Shown here piece by piece: positions 19,148 through 27,034 of a DNA stretch of 41,958 nt. Origin of the DNA: a virus. Its lineage: Duplodnaviria; Caudoviricetes. The notes under the pieces were generated by a model. It was not told the origin of the DNA, did not search any database, and saw only the letters and a program-made list of their open reading frames with translations. The position numbers and the translations under genes were made by a program. Within the stretch, counting starts at the first letter, position 1. Each line of letters begins with the position of its first letter. The stretch lies in IMG/VR virus record IMGVR_UViG_3300033555_000010, positions 1-41,958 of that record, one strand, 5' to 3'.

Positions 19148-19519
19148 TTAAGCGTTACCTTCTGTCAAAGTGCCGCTGGTGGTGGTCACTACGTCATTCA
19201 CGGCAATCGTGGTGTTTGTGATGTTGACGTTTTGGCCTGATATGCCCACCGTCAAGCCGTCTATAACCATCGTCGTCCCATCGGTCTTGAATAGCCGCGC
19301 CAAGGCCGCTACGCCCGCCGCCGTAGCCGTGGCATTACCTACCGCGCCAAGCGTCAGCACTCCAGTAGCTACCGTGCCAAGCGTTGCGGCGCAAGTGCTG
19401 GTGTAAAGCAAAGTAGTGAAGCCTGCGGTGTAAACAGACAGCTTTGCGGTTGCCCCGGCCTCGGTAACGATGGCTTGTGCGCGTGCGTTGCGGACGGCTG
19501 CGTTTAGGCTGATAGGCAT
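19148..19519 (-). CDS. Putative virion structural protein coupled to portal
   Basis: 123 aa RNARAQAI..AKLSVYT..TLTEGNA; TAATG overlap with portal stop. Confidence 0.7.
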   Translation of the reverse strand: MPISLNAAVRNARAQAIVTEAGATAKLSVYTAGFTTLLYTSTCAATLGTVATGVLTLGAVGNATATAAGVAALARLFKTDGTTMVIDGLTVGISGQNVNITNTTIAVNDVVTTTSGTLTEGNA

Positions 19520-21216
19520 TACAGGTCCGTTTCGGTCTGAATTGTTTTAGTGATCTGGCCCGAGCTATTGCGCTCAACCGTGCCGACAATGCGGCGGTCT
19601 GGCAGGTTTACGCTTACCTCTGCGGGAGCGACATTTACAACCGTTTCACCCACATTTACAACCTGCGGCGCGACATTCACTACCTGCGGCGCGATGTTGA
19701 CTACTGGCGGCTGCGACTCAGGCATGACGGCTTCAACGTTGATTACCGGCTCAGGTAGGTTGATGACGTTGTTGACAACCGGCGCGTCAGGCTTTTCTAC
19801 GTTGACACTAACGGCTGGCGGCGCGACATTCACGATAGGCGCGGCTACATTGATGACCGGCGCGGGCGCGGGTTGGTTGTCCAGGCGGTTCGTAATGCGC
19901 TCGGATTGCAATTCATTGCTGTGCCGCATTTCGCGCAAGGTGTTAGCAACATCGGCAACCGCCGCATCCTGCTTCGTTGTGTCGGGGGCGGGCTTGTCGC
20001 GGGGTGCGCGATATATCTCATCACCACCGGAAACAGCAGCCATGCGCTTGATTTTGCGCACTTCGTTAACGGTCATGTGCGCGTCACCCATACCTGGCCC
20101 GCCTAGTGCTGATCGGAAATAACTGCCCTGCGCAGCGCTATCGCCTTCGATCAAAGCGTCGCGGTAGAACTCGACAAACTTGCCGGTATCGCGCGGAAAT
20201 AGCTTGCGGTTTAACTCTTGCTCGATTTTGCGGAGCCAAGGCTGTAGCGTGTACTGAACAAAGGCGCGGCCTATCGACTCGATACCGCTTCCCCAACTTG
20301 TCGCGCCGGTTGACTCGTTAATCAGGAAACCCGGCACACCGAAAGCCCTAGCTACGTCTAGCACTTGAAACTTACGCGCTTCAAGTAGCTGCGCATCCTC
20401 GGCGCTCAGGCTGATCTCTTTCGCCGTTGTGCCTTCAGTCAAGACAAGCGGCAGGCGGTGGGCGTTTTCCAGTCCCGCATACTTTCTGGTGAATGCGTCC
20501 TGTAATTGCGTAATTTGCTCATTCGACATTTTTTTGTCGTTATTCAGGATGATCGAAGGATGCGCGCCGCCCTCAAAGAATTTACCGCTGTACTCATCCA
20601 TTGCCATCGCATTGCTGATTGCATTGCGCGCGCCATAGGCAATCACACTCATACTCCGCATAGTCACATCATCAAAGCCCAAACCAGGGAAATGAAGCAT
20701 GTCGCCGGACTCAACCCAGATGTTTAGGCCGTGAGAAGGTAGATTTATGTAGTAACGCACACCCGATTCAAGGGTGCGTACAGGTGTGACAGCGCCCCAC
20801 GGGAGCGGGATAAGCTCGCGTATAGTGCCATTAAAGCCACGTTTGATATAGGTGAAGCCATCGCCGCGCAATAACTGCGACATGCTGACGCATTCCCAAT
20901 GACTGGCTGCTGAGAATTGCGGGCTTGGCTGCTCGTTTAGCTTGTACCAGAGGTCGTCTCGCGGCAATCTGTCGGGTATGTCGCCATTCAAGCGGTAAAC
21001 ATGAATCGGCATACTGACGATAGCGCCGCTGATCTTGGCTACACAAGCCGCTACAGCGGACACACGCATTGCTGTCGTGGCTGATACGGTTTGCCCTGCG
21101 CTACCTACACCGAAAGCGTCCATGACAGCGCTGCTGTACGTAGCATTGCTAATTTCCGGGCGCGACTCTCCCCCGCCGAAACCTAGACTTTCAGCGATGC
21201 GGGAAAAGATGCTCAT
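19519..21216 (-). CDS. HK97-family portal protein with ~160-aa C-terminal repeat extension
   Basis: SAVAACV, LLRGDG, LHF, DAQLLEARKF..VARAFGVP, MTVNEVR; then PVINV repeats. Confidence 0.95.
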   Translation of the reverse strand: MSIFSRIAESLGFGGGESRPEISNATYSSAVMDAFGVGSAGQTVSATTAMRVSAVAACVAKISGAIVSMPIHVYRLNGDIPDRLPRDDLWYKLNEQPSPQFSAASHWECVSMSQLLRGDGFTYIKRGFNGTIRELIPLPWGAVTPVRTLESGVRYYINLPSHGLNIWVESGDMLHFPGLGFDDVTMRSMSVIAYGARNAISNAMAMDEYSGKFFEGGAHPSIILNNDKKMSNEQITQLQDAFTRKYAGLENAHRLPLVLTEGTTAKEISLSAEDAQLLEARKFQVLDVARAFGVPGFLINESTGATSWGSGIESIGRAFVQYTLQPWLRKIEQELNRKLFPRDTGKFVEFYRDALIEGDSAAQGSYFRSALGGPGMGDAHMTVNEVRKIKRMAAVSGGDEIYRAPRDKPAPDTTKQDAAVADVANTLREMRHSNELQSERITNRLDNQPAPAPVINVAAPIVNVAPPAVSVNVEKPDAPVVNNVINLPEPVINVEAVMPESQPPVVNIAPQVVNVAPQVVNVGETVVNVAPAEVSVNLPDRRIVGTVERNSSGQITKTIQTETDL

Positions 21217-21219
21217 ATA

Positions 21220-22884
21220 TTAGATTTCCACGAAGCCTTGTGTAATGCCTGAAGCCACAGGGCTAAGGCTCATTAGTGTTACTGCGTTAAATGCGGCGAG
21301 CAACGGGTCAATCTTTCCTGTGCCGGATGCCTGTTTTGTGATGATGACTGCGTTGCCTCGCGGCTCGACTCTGGCATTACCTACGCACCAGTTCATTAGC
21401 GGCTGCCCGCCGTGGTGCAATGCGCCCTCGGCTAGTTTTCTTTCAGCTGTTTTTATTGCGCCGGTCATTTTCCAGCCCTGACTAATACCGATTACCTTTT
21501 CCTCGGGTACGTCTGCATCAATCAGCGCGTCCATAATCCCGCCCAATCCAGCCGGGTCAACGCCTATTTTGTCCAGTAGCCCCGACGACTCGCAACGGGC
21601 GCAAATCTCAGCGACCTCGTAAACGTCATCGCCGATATGTTTAACAAGCGTCAGGTTGCCGTCTTTGGCAAAGTCCTGCAAGCGTGGCGCGATCTCTTTG
21701 CGGCGCTCCAGAACGCTAGGGTGTGCCCATGCGTGCGTCCATAGCAGCCATTCGCGGGAAACCTTGTCTCTACCGATGACGGCCAAGCCTAGCAAGTCGT
21801 CCAACCCGCCGCCGTCAATGCCTATATCGACCACCTCGGAGCGGTCTAGCAATTGATCTAGCGTTAAACCTTTTTCAGTGTCCTGCTGCGCCCAAAAATC
21901 AGCCCCGGCCCAGCGGTCAGAGCGGAGGTTTAAGCCGATTTCCACGTTGCCATGCTTGGCAAGAAAGCCGCGAAACGAATCCGGCCCGGCTATTTCAGCC
22001 TTTTTGTATTCGCGCTCAAGAAACTGCTTATCAACCGAATAACCGATGTTGGGATTCACCAGCGCCAGGTTTTCCAGCTTAAGGCAATCGCCTGATGCAA
22101 CCATTTCCGGCGGGTGCTCAAAGATCACCGGCACAAAGGCAGGATCAATTATTTCGCCGTCCCTAACCTTGCGCGCATAGTCCAGCTTTTGCTTGAATAC
22201 ACCGGCAGGCGGCTCATCCGACTGCGTTGACAACCAGATCACAAAGCCTTCGGGCCGTGAAGCAAGGCCACCCAATGCCTCACGAAACATATTTTCAGCG
22301 GAACTAATCTTTCCAAACAGGTGCAGCTCATCGACCAACGTACCGACCGATTTCTTGCCGCCAACCGTGTTTTGGTCAGCCGCTAAAACCTTCAATATCG
22401 CGTTGCTTTCGCGGTGCGTGATGGTCTTGACATGGGATTGAACGTGCATCAGCACCTCTAAATCCTCATCCTTCATCACCATGTCGCGGGCTGGCGCGTA
22501 GGCGTTGTTCGCAACCTCTACGGTAGGAGCCAATACCGAAAACTCAGCCGACTGCCGCCAGTTAAGAATGACAGCCGTCATCATTATTCCGGCAGCGATT
22601 GTGCTTTTACTGTTCTTCTTGGGTATGAGAATGAACCACTCAACAATGAGCCTGCGCCCACTGTCCGCGTCATACGCACCAAAGATGCTGCGTACCAGGT
22701 CAAAAACCCACTCAGCGCACGATTCGCCAAAGGTAGGGCTACCAGGTGCGTCAACGATCTTTAACGCCTTGAATACCGCTAGCGCCTGCTCTGCCTGCTC
22801 AGGGAATATCGGCGGCGGAATGATTGAGCGGCCAGACTTTAACCGGTCAGCCCAATCGACGCAGGCGGTTGACCATTCAGGCAT
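21220..22884 (-). CDS. terL: Terminase large subunit
   Basis: IPKKNSKST Walker A, LVDELH Walker B, GIDGGGLDD, KIDP. Confidence 0.95.
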   Translation of the reverse strand: MPEWSTACVDWADRLKSGRSIIPPPIFPEQAEQALAVFKALKIVDAPGSPTFGESCAEWVFDLVRSIFGAYDADSGRRLIVEWFILIPKKNSKSTIAAGIMMTAVILNWRQSAEFSVLAPTVEVANNAYAPARDMVMKDEDLEVLMHVQSHVKTITHRESNAILKVLAADQNTVGGKKSVGTLVDELHLFGKISSAENMFREALGGLASRPEGFVIWLSTQSDEPPAGVFKQKLDYARKVRDGEIIDPAFVPVIFEHPPEMVASGDCLKLENLALVNPNIGYSVDKQFLEREYKKAEIAGPDSFRGFLAKHGNVEIGLNLRSDRWAGADFWAQQDTEKGLTLDQLLDRSEVVDIGIDGGGLDDLLGLAVIGRDKVSREWLLWTHAWAHPSVLERRKEIAPRLQDFAKDGNLTLVKHIGDDVYEVAEICARCESSGLLDKIGVDPAGLGGIMDALIDADVPEEKVIGISQGWKMTGAIKTAERKLAEGALHHGGQPLMNWCVGNARVEPRGNAVIITKQASGTGKIDPLLAAFNAVTLMSLSPVASGITQGFVEI

Positions 22885-23175
22885 TTACGCCACCAAATAC
22901 ACTTTTGTACCGAACGGTATTTTTACCGCTTTACAAATGTTTAAGTAGCAGCAACCAACTTTGCCGCGCTCAAGGAACAAAGACCCATCAAAATCAATTC
23001 CGTAACGGCCTTCGACTCCATCAATGCGTAAAGATGCGATCCTGTTATTGAATTGGCTTAAAGCTAGATGCCCGCTATGTTGCGAGTCGTCCAATATTTT
23101 TATAGTTGGGAATGTTTTGGCATCAACTACCAATACATTGATCCATTGGTCATTCTGCAAAATTTCGAGCTTCAT
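22885..23175 (-). CDS. AT-rich hypothetical protein inserted between terS and terL
   Basis: 96 aa ORF filling the gap; visibly AT-richer than flanks. Confidence 0.6.
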   Translation of the reverse strand: MKLEILQNDQWINVLVVDAKTFPTIKILDDSQHSGHLALSQFNNRIASLRIDGVEGRYGIDFDGSLFLERGKVGCCYLNICKAVKIPFGTKVYLVA

Positions 23176-23198
23176 TAGATGCCTTCAAATCCCCATTT

Positions 23199-23522
23199 TC
23201 AACTACGGTTGCTTACAAGCCGTGGCGGTGCAGACGCGCCAAACTTGCCGGCGCCTACTTTCTTCGCCGCGTCCTGCTTCGCGTCTTTCTTACCGCCTTC
23301 GCCTATTTTCTGGTGCATGAATGGCAGCAGCGCTTTTGCAGCATCTGCTCTGAGTTTTACATCAGCCTCAAGATCATTCATCAGCGCCAAAAGAAACACC
23401 TTCGGGTCTTTGTGCGCGAGCGTATCGACAACAGGAACCGGAATGTCCAGCTTTTGCGCCTCTTTAGGCTTTGGGCCGGAACCGGGCCTAGCGCCACCGC
23501 TCTTACCGGGTTTACCTGCCAT
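23199..23522 (-). CDS. terS: Terminase small subunit
   Basis: SGGARPGSGPK N-terminus, DPKVFLLALMND..RADAAKALLPF; upstream of terL. Confidence 0.85.
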   Translation of the reverse strand: MAGKPGKSGGARPGSGPKPKEAQKLDIPVPVVDTLAHKDPKVFLLALMNDLEADVKLRADAAKALLPFMHQKIGEGGKKDAKQDAAKKVGAGKFGASAPPRLVSNRS

Positions 23523-23539
23523 TTGAACTCCATTTGAAT

Positions 23540-23635
23540 TAACCCCAAAGGGGGATTTAATCTGCGAATGCGGTACTAGGTGGTTTCCGGCCGGTAAGAC
23601 TTGTAGACTTTGACCGACCGCCCCCTCTACCTCAT
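23540..23635 (-). other. Putative cos (packaging) region
   Basis: Non-coding gap between HNH and terS starting GAGGGGGCGGTCGGTCAAAGTC, the usual position of 3'-overhang cos in HK97-like phages; exact cosN not resolved. Confidence 0.5.
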
Positions 23636-23686
23636 GAGGTGATATACCTACATTGCGTCAGGACGTCGCAGGAGGCCGCGCATCGG

Positions 23687-23998
23687 TTATCTGTTACCTA
23701 GCCTAGCTCGGCCCTCTTTCGCTGTCTTAGCCTTGTGGCACTGGATGCAGCGGATCTTTAGGTTGCTCTGCTCGTTGCTACCGCCTTGCTCAAGCGGTGT
23801 ATCGTGGTCAATCTCGTTGTCCCTACCTACGCTGCCGCAATCCACGCAAGCGAATAGGCCAAGCACTAAGGCCTTGCGCCTTATCTCCATCCATACCGAT
23901 CCTCTAATGCGCTCTGTTGCGCCTGCCTTGGTATCTAGTACCTTGATGCGGCTGGTTGTCAGCGTCTGTAGTCTCGGCTTGAGTGTTCGTAATGCCAT
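23687..23998 (-). CDS. Packaging-associated HNH endonuclease (HK97 gp74-like)
   Basis: CVDCG..EIDH..PL..GGSN..NL...C..CH..KT; adjacent to terS. Confidence 0.88.
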   Translation of the reverse strand: MALRTLKPRLQTLTTSRIKVLDTKAGATERIRGSVWMEIRRKALVLGLFACVDCGSVGRDNEIDHDTPLEQGGSNEQSNLKIRCIQCHKAKTAKEGRARLGNR

Positions 23999-24390
23999 GT
24001 ATGCGCCCATCGGGTTTACGCTTGCGCGCTGGGCTAGACCGTATCACCTTGACCGATAACGCCCGGTGCGGGCGCGGATATAACCCAGCCATTTAGCCGC
24101 GGCTGGAGCGCTTCGGTTTCGCGCATGACTCGGCGTAAGGGTGCGGGACGCGAATCTAAGCATGTAGCTGTTGATTGTTGATTCGGCCCGCTAAAAGTTG
24201 CCGGTTACGCTTTCGGGGTTAACCCTACTTTCCGGCTCCACAATGGGACGATTGCAGCGCATTGCTTTCTCTGCTGCTTATCAATTTAGATGGCTGTAAG
24301 GCTTAACTGATTGCGTAAAGGGTGCGCCAGTCCCATGCGTGTGACTCCATACGATGCCCGACAGCACACAGCCGCCTATTCGTTCGGGCA

Positions 24391-24427
24391 AAGAAAAAGC
24401 CCACTAAGGCGTTAACCTTGCGGGCTT
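24391..24427 (-). terminator. Intrinsic terminator inside late leader
   Basis: AAGCCCGCAAGG..CCTTAGTGGGCTT-TTTCTT. Confidence 0.75.
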
Positions 24428-24435
24428 GCATTTAA

Positions 24436-24500
24436 TTTGGCTGCACGGTATCGAACCCTGCTAGCGCGGGCTGTTAAGCCGGCTTTCCACTATAGCCAAA
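24436..24500 (-). ncRNA. Degenerate tRNA-like element
   Basis: TTTGGCT/AGCCAAA closing stem, TAGTGG D-loop-like segment, GGTTCGATACC T-arm; no canonical D stem or anticodon arm. Confidence 0.5.
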
Positions 24501-24670
24501 ATGGTTGATGGTTTAGTGCTGAGCCAATCTCAGCGCATAGCCCGGAAGAACGGGGGAGTATTACTACTCAGTTTGGCGCAACCTTCTTGACCATCAAGTA
24601 TGCAAGCTACCCACCACCAAACGGCAGCGTCGCGGGCTATGCCCTGAAAGCAACTCACATACTTGAAAGC

Positions 24671-24701
24671 AAAAAACCGCATGACATTGCTGTTGGCGGT
24701 T
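24671..24701 (-). terminator. tR'-like late terminator
   Basis: AACCGC...GCGGTT-TTTT about 30-60 nt after the late promoter. Confidence 0.7.
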
Positions 24702-24732
24702 GTTTTTGGCGATAGCTACGCCACTGCGCGTC

Positions 24733-24760
24733 ATATTACTCTACTTGTTGAGCTTGTCAA
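24733..24760 (-). promoter_or_regulatory. pR'-like late promoter
   Basis: TTGACA-N16-TAATAT pointing toward packaging genes, followed by a terminator. Confidence 0.7.
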
Positions 24761-24920
24761 CGCCTTTTTGCAACTCTTTTGCAATCTCTTTTAATACTAC
24801 GTGCTTTGCTTGCGGCAGGTAAATGCCGCGCACTTCAGTCAAACCTTGAGCCAGCCTGCGCGCTCTCAGCGCCTCTTGGCGCTTTGCTATGGTTTGCGGT
24901 AAATCAGGCCGACCGTTCAT
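24741..24920 (-). CDS. Small basic putative DNA-binding protein (59 aa; not in ORF track)
   Basis: MNGRPDLPQTIAKRQEALRARRLAQGLTEVRGIYLPQAKHVVLKEIAKELQKGVDKLNK; ATGA overlap with upstream ORF. Confidence 0.7.
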   Translation of the reverse strand: MNGRPDLPQTIAKRQEALRARRLAQGLTEVRGIYLPQAKHVVLKEIAKELQKGVDKLNK

Positions 24921-25105
24921 GCGAAGGCTGATGTTTCCATGCTATTGCAGCGGGCAATTTCATCAGCGCCAAAACGGGCTGTTATTTCTTCAAGAGCCAG
25001 CGCCGTTTCAAGGCAGTCGATTGAATAGGCGTTTTGGCTTGCTGGAATGCCGCGCAGATGCGGAGCTGCGTTGCGGCAGACTTGGAGTTCTTGTGTTGTG
25101 GTCAT
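24917..25105 (-). CDS. Hypothetical protein
   Basis: 62 aa; AGGA RBS; directly after the promoter at 25139-25166. Confidence 0.6.
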   Translation of the reverse strand: MTTTQELQVCRNAAPHLRGIPASQNAYSIDCLETALALEEITARFGADEIARCNSMETSAFA

Positions 25106-25138
25106 TTTGTTTGTCCTGGTTGCGTTGTTGATGTCTCT

Positions 25139-25166
25139 ATTCTATTGCGTTACGCGTAACAGTCAA
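25139..25166 (-). promoter_or_regulatory. Sigma70 promoter with palindromic operator GTTACGCGTAAC in spacer
   Basis: TTGACT-N16-TAGAAT; perfect 12-bp palindrome at 25149-25160. Confidence 0.75.
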
Positions 25167-25249
25167 CAACTATTTAATCAGGACAAACCCTTAAACCACA
25201 CCAGCACCCAACAGCCGCCGCGTCAAAAGGTTGCACGCTTCAAAGGCGC

Positions 25250-25861
25250 TCACAGCAACCGTCCTTGTTGTTGCGCCCAATCTATTGGGTCTTTATCGTG
25301 CTTAGATAGATTACAAGGCGGGCAAAGCAATTGAACATTGCCATCCGAGTTATGGCCTCCTTTAGATAGGGGGTGAATATGGTCAACGTGATAGCCGGAA
25401 ATCTTTAATTCATTGCGGCAATTGACGCACTTGCCTTTTTGTGTCGCCATCAAGAAAGCAACGACACCTTTAGAGAGTCCGTCACCTTGTTTAAGTCTTG
25501 ATCGTCTAGCTGCTCCATATGAGCGATACGCACCTGGGTGCGCGTCTTTGTATGTTTTAGCCGCCTGCCTTAGGCTCACGCTGTTTTTTAGGTAGTAATC
25601 AGCTCTGTACTTGTTGCGCCGCTCCCAATCCGCGTAATAACGAGCCAACGAAGCGACTCTTACTTGCGCCGCAAACTTGGTGTACTGCCTAAGATTTGAT
25701 TCAACGACGCGCTCCGGGTGTCTCTCGCGGTACTCAGTAGTGGCTTTTCGCTGCCTCTCTAGCTCCTCTGGGGTTTGTCGCTTTGCCTTAAGCCTGTCAG
25801 CGTTCTTTTTGGCCCATTCCGCCATGTATGCTTTTTTGGCTGCGCGTTTTTCGTCTGTCAT
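25250..25861 (-). CDS. Free-standing HNH (homing-type) endonuclease with basic helical N-terminus
   Basis: CVNC..HVDHIHPLSKGG.N...NVQLLCPPCNLSK. Confidence 0.9.
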   Translation of the reverse strand: MTDEKRAAKKAYMAEWAKKNADRLKAKRQTPEELERQRKATTEYRERHPERVVESNLRQYTKFAAQVRVASLARYYADWERRNKYRADYYLKNSVSLRQAAKTYKDAHPGAYRSYGAARRSRLKQGDGLSKGVVAFLMATQKGKCVNCRNELKISGYHVDHIHPLSKGGHNSDGNVQLLCPPCNLSKHDKDPIDWAQQQGRLL

Positions 25862-25870
25862 TGATACCCT

Positions 25871-25952
25871 TTACCAGTGGGTTAGCTACCGTAGATGAAC
25901 ACCAGCCGGAAGACGGTAAGACTTCTTTTCGCCCGCTAAAGCTAGGCTGGTG
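25871..25952 (-). ncRNA. Structured 5' leader of HNH gene (3-way junction with loop-downstream pairing)
   Basis: CACCAGCC/GGCTGGTG stem; loop TCTTACCGT complementary to ACGGTA and TGGTAA just upstream of the start codon. Confidence 0.55.
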
Positions 25953-25976
25953 CAGGACATATTTTATCGGTGTTGA

Positions 25977-26357
25977 CTAAATAATGCCAGCACCAAGTAA
26001 GCGCCTCATTAGTGCATTTTTGGCTTCAAGCAGCAAAATGGCACGCTCTTCCGAATTTGATGGAAGGCGAGCGCTTGACCAGACAGACACACCAGAAACC
26101 AGGTTGCGCGCATAAATTTGAAGAGCGGTCCTGTATGTGTCTCGTAGTTCAAAAATATGGAAGTTGACCCCCTCGCACGTAGCAGCGGAAAGCGTGTCGT
26201 CGGTGATGTCGCTCAGGCTATCCCAGCCTTTTGATGTTTTTGCGTCCCTGAACATGGGGCTGCTGTTTATGCCGCCGACGTGCTTATATCCACACGCCCA
26301 TTTGTGCCATGAAACTAAAACGTCATTCAGTAGCGAGTCATTCTCATTGCGCATCAT
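25977..26357 (-). CDS. Putative late-gene antiterminator (Q-like)
   Basis: L..WHKW N-terminal motif, helical C-terminus; last gene of the nin region before the late promoter. Confidence 0.6.
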   Translation of the reverse strand: MMRNENDSLLNDVLVSWHKWACGYKHVGGINSSPMFRDAKTSKGWDSLSDITDDTLSAATCEGVNFHIFELRDTYRTALQIYARNLVSGVSVWSSARLPSNSEERAILLLEAKNALMRRLLGAGII

Positions 26358-26375
26358 GTCTGACCTTTTTGTTAT

Positions 26376-26762
26376 TTAAGCGATTACCCGGCGAATCGAA
26401 GCGTTTGCCACTTGCGGCGGCAGGCTTGGAAAGACCACCAGCACAATTGCCAAAGCGCAATCAAGCGTCACGGTGTCGTCTTTGTCCCATGTCCAACCAC
26501 GCAAAGCTGCCTGGGCAATCACGCTCATACCGGATTTCAACTTGCGGTAGTCGAGTGAGCTGCCATCACTCATACCGCCCATCGTTGCGTCAATCATGGT
26601 TGACATCGTGAGGTAGTCCGAGCAGGCGTCCTCACCCTGCTCGTTGAAATAGATGCTGATGCGGTAACTGGTGATGGCCTCGGTCAGCTTTTGCTTGGCT
26701 ACTGCGCGCGCTACGGGATTCATGCCGACATTGCGTGATACATGGCGTATGGGCGTTTTCAT
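26376..26762 (-). CDS. Hypothetical nin-region protein
   Basis: 128 aa ORF coupled in operon. Confidence 0.65.
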   Translation of the reverse strand: MKTPIRHVSRNVGMNPVARAVAKQKLTEAITSYRISIYFNEQGEDACSDYLTMSTMIDATMGGMSDGSSLDYRKLKSGMSVIAQAALRGWTWDKDDTVTLDCALAIVLVVFPSLPPQVANASIRRVIA

Positions 26763-27034
26763 TTGGCAATGCTGTACAAAAAAGGACGCTCGCGGGTGTG
26801 GCTTATTAAGCCTGCTGCTGTTGCATCAACCAGGCGCTTGCGCACACCATCGAAAGTGATGTCTTTCAAAGCGGCTGTAATGTCTGCCGTGCCTACCGGC
26901 TGCATTTTTTTGATGACTTTGATAAGGCCGATGAATTTAAAGCGTGAGGCGTGAACCGCTAGTTTTTCCGCACTGACGCTAGCGGCCAGTTTTTGCGGTG
27001 TTTTGTTTACCCAATTGGTTTTGCAAGTAGTCAT
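26759..27034 (-). CDS. Small winged-HTH-like protein
   Basis: GTADITAALKDITFDGVRKRL...GLI pattern. Confidence 0.55.
   Translation of the reverse strand: MTTCKTNWVNKTPQKLAASVSAEKLAVHASRFKFIGLIKVIKKMQPVGTADITAALKDITFDGVRKRLVDATAAGLISHTRERPFLYSIAK

Larger units (their letters stand above)
24003..24666 (-). ncRNA. Cluster of structured RNA modules in late leader
   Basis: At least eight consecutive stem-closed units, several with G-U pairs that form only on the minus strand; no convincing ORF. Confidence 0.6.

Noticed and set aside
692-23537. Many plus-strand ORFs (e.g. 5664-6389, 15169-15798, 19550-20122) opposite the structural genes
   Set aside because: Antisense shadows of Ala/Gly-rich genes; no RBS, motifs or operon context
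23904-24092. 62-aa ORF in the late leader
   Set aside because: Overlaps the HNH gene out of frame, has Arg/Pro-rich noise composition and lies over RNA stems
24505-24597. Hammerhead or other known self-cleaving ribozyme
   Set aside because: I could not place a CUGANGA/GAAA core or another ribozyme consensus by eye; kept only as an unknown structured module
25250-25861. Intron- or intein-encoded endonuclease
   Set aside because: Flanking genes are intact and no interrupted host gene is evident; it appears free-standing
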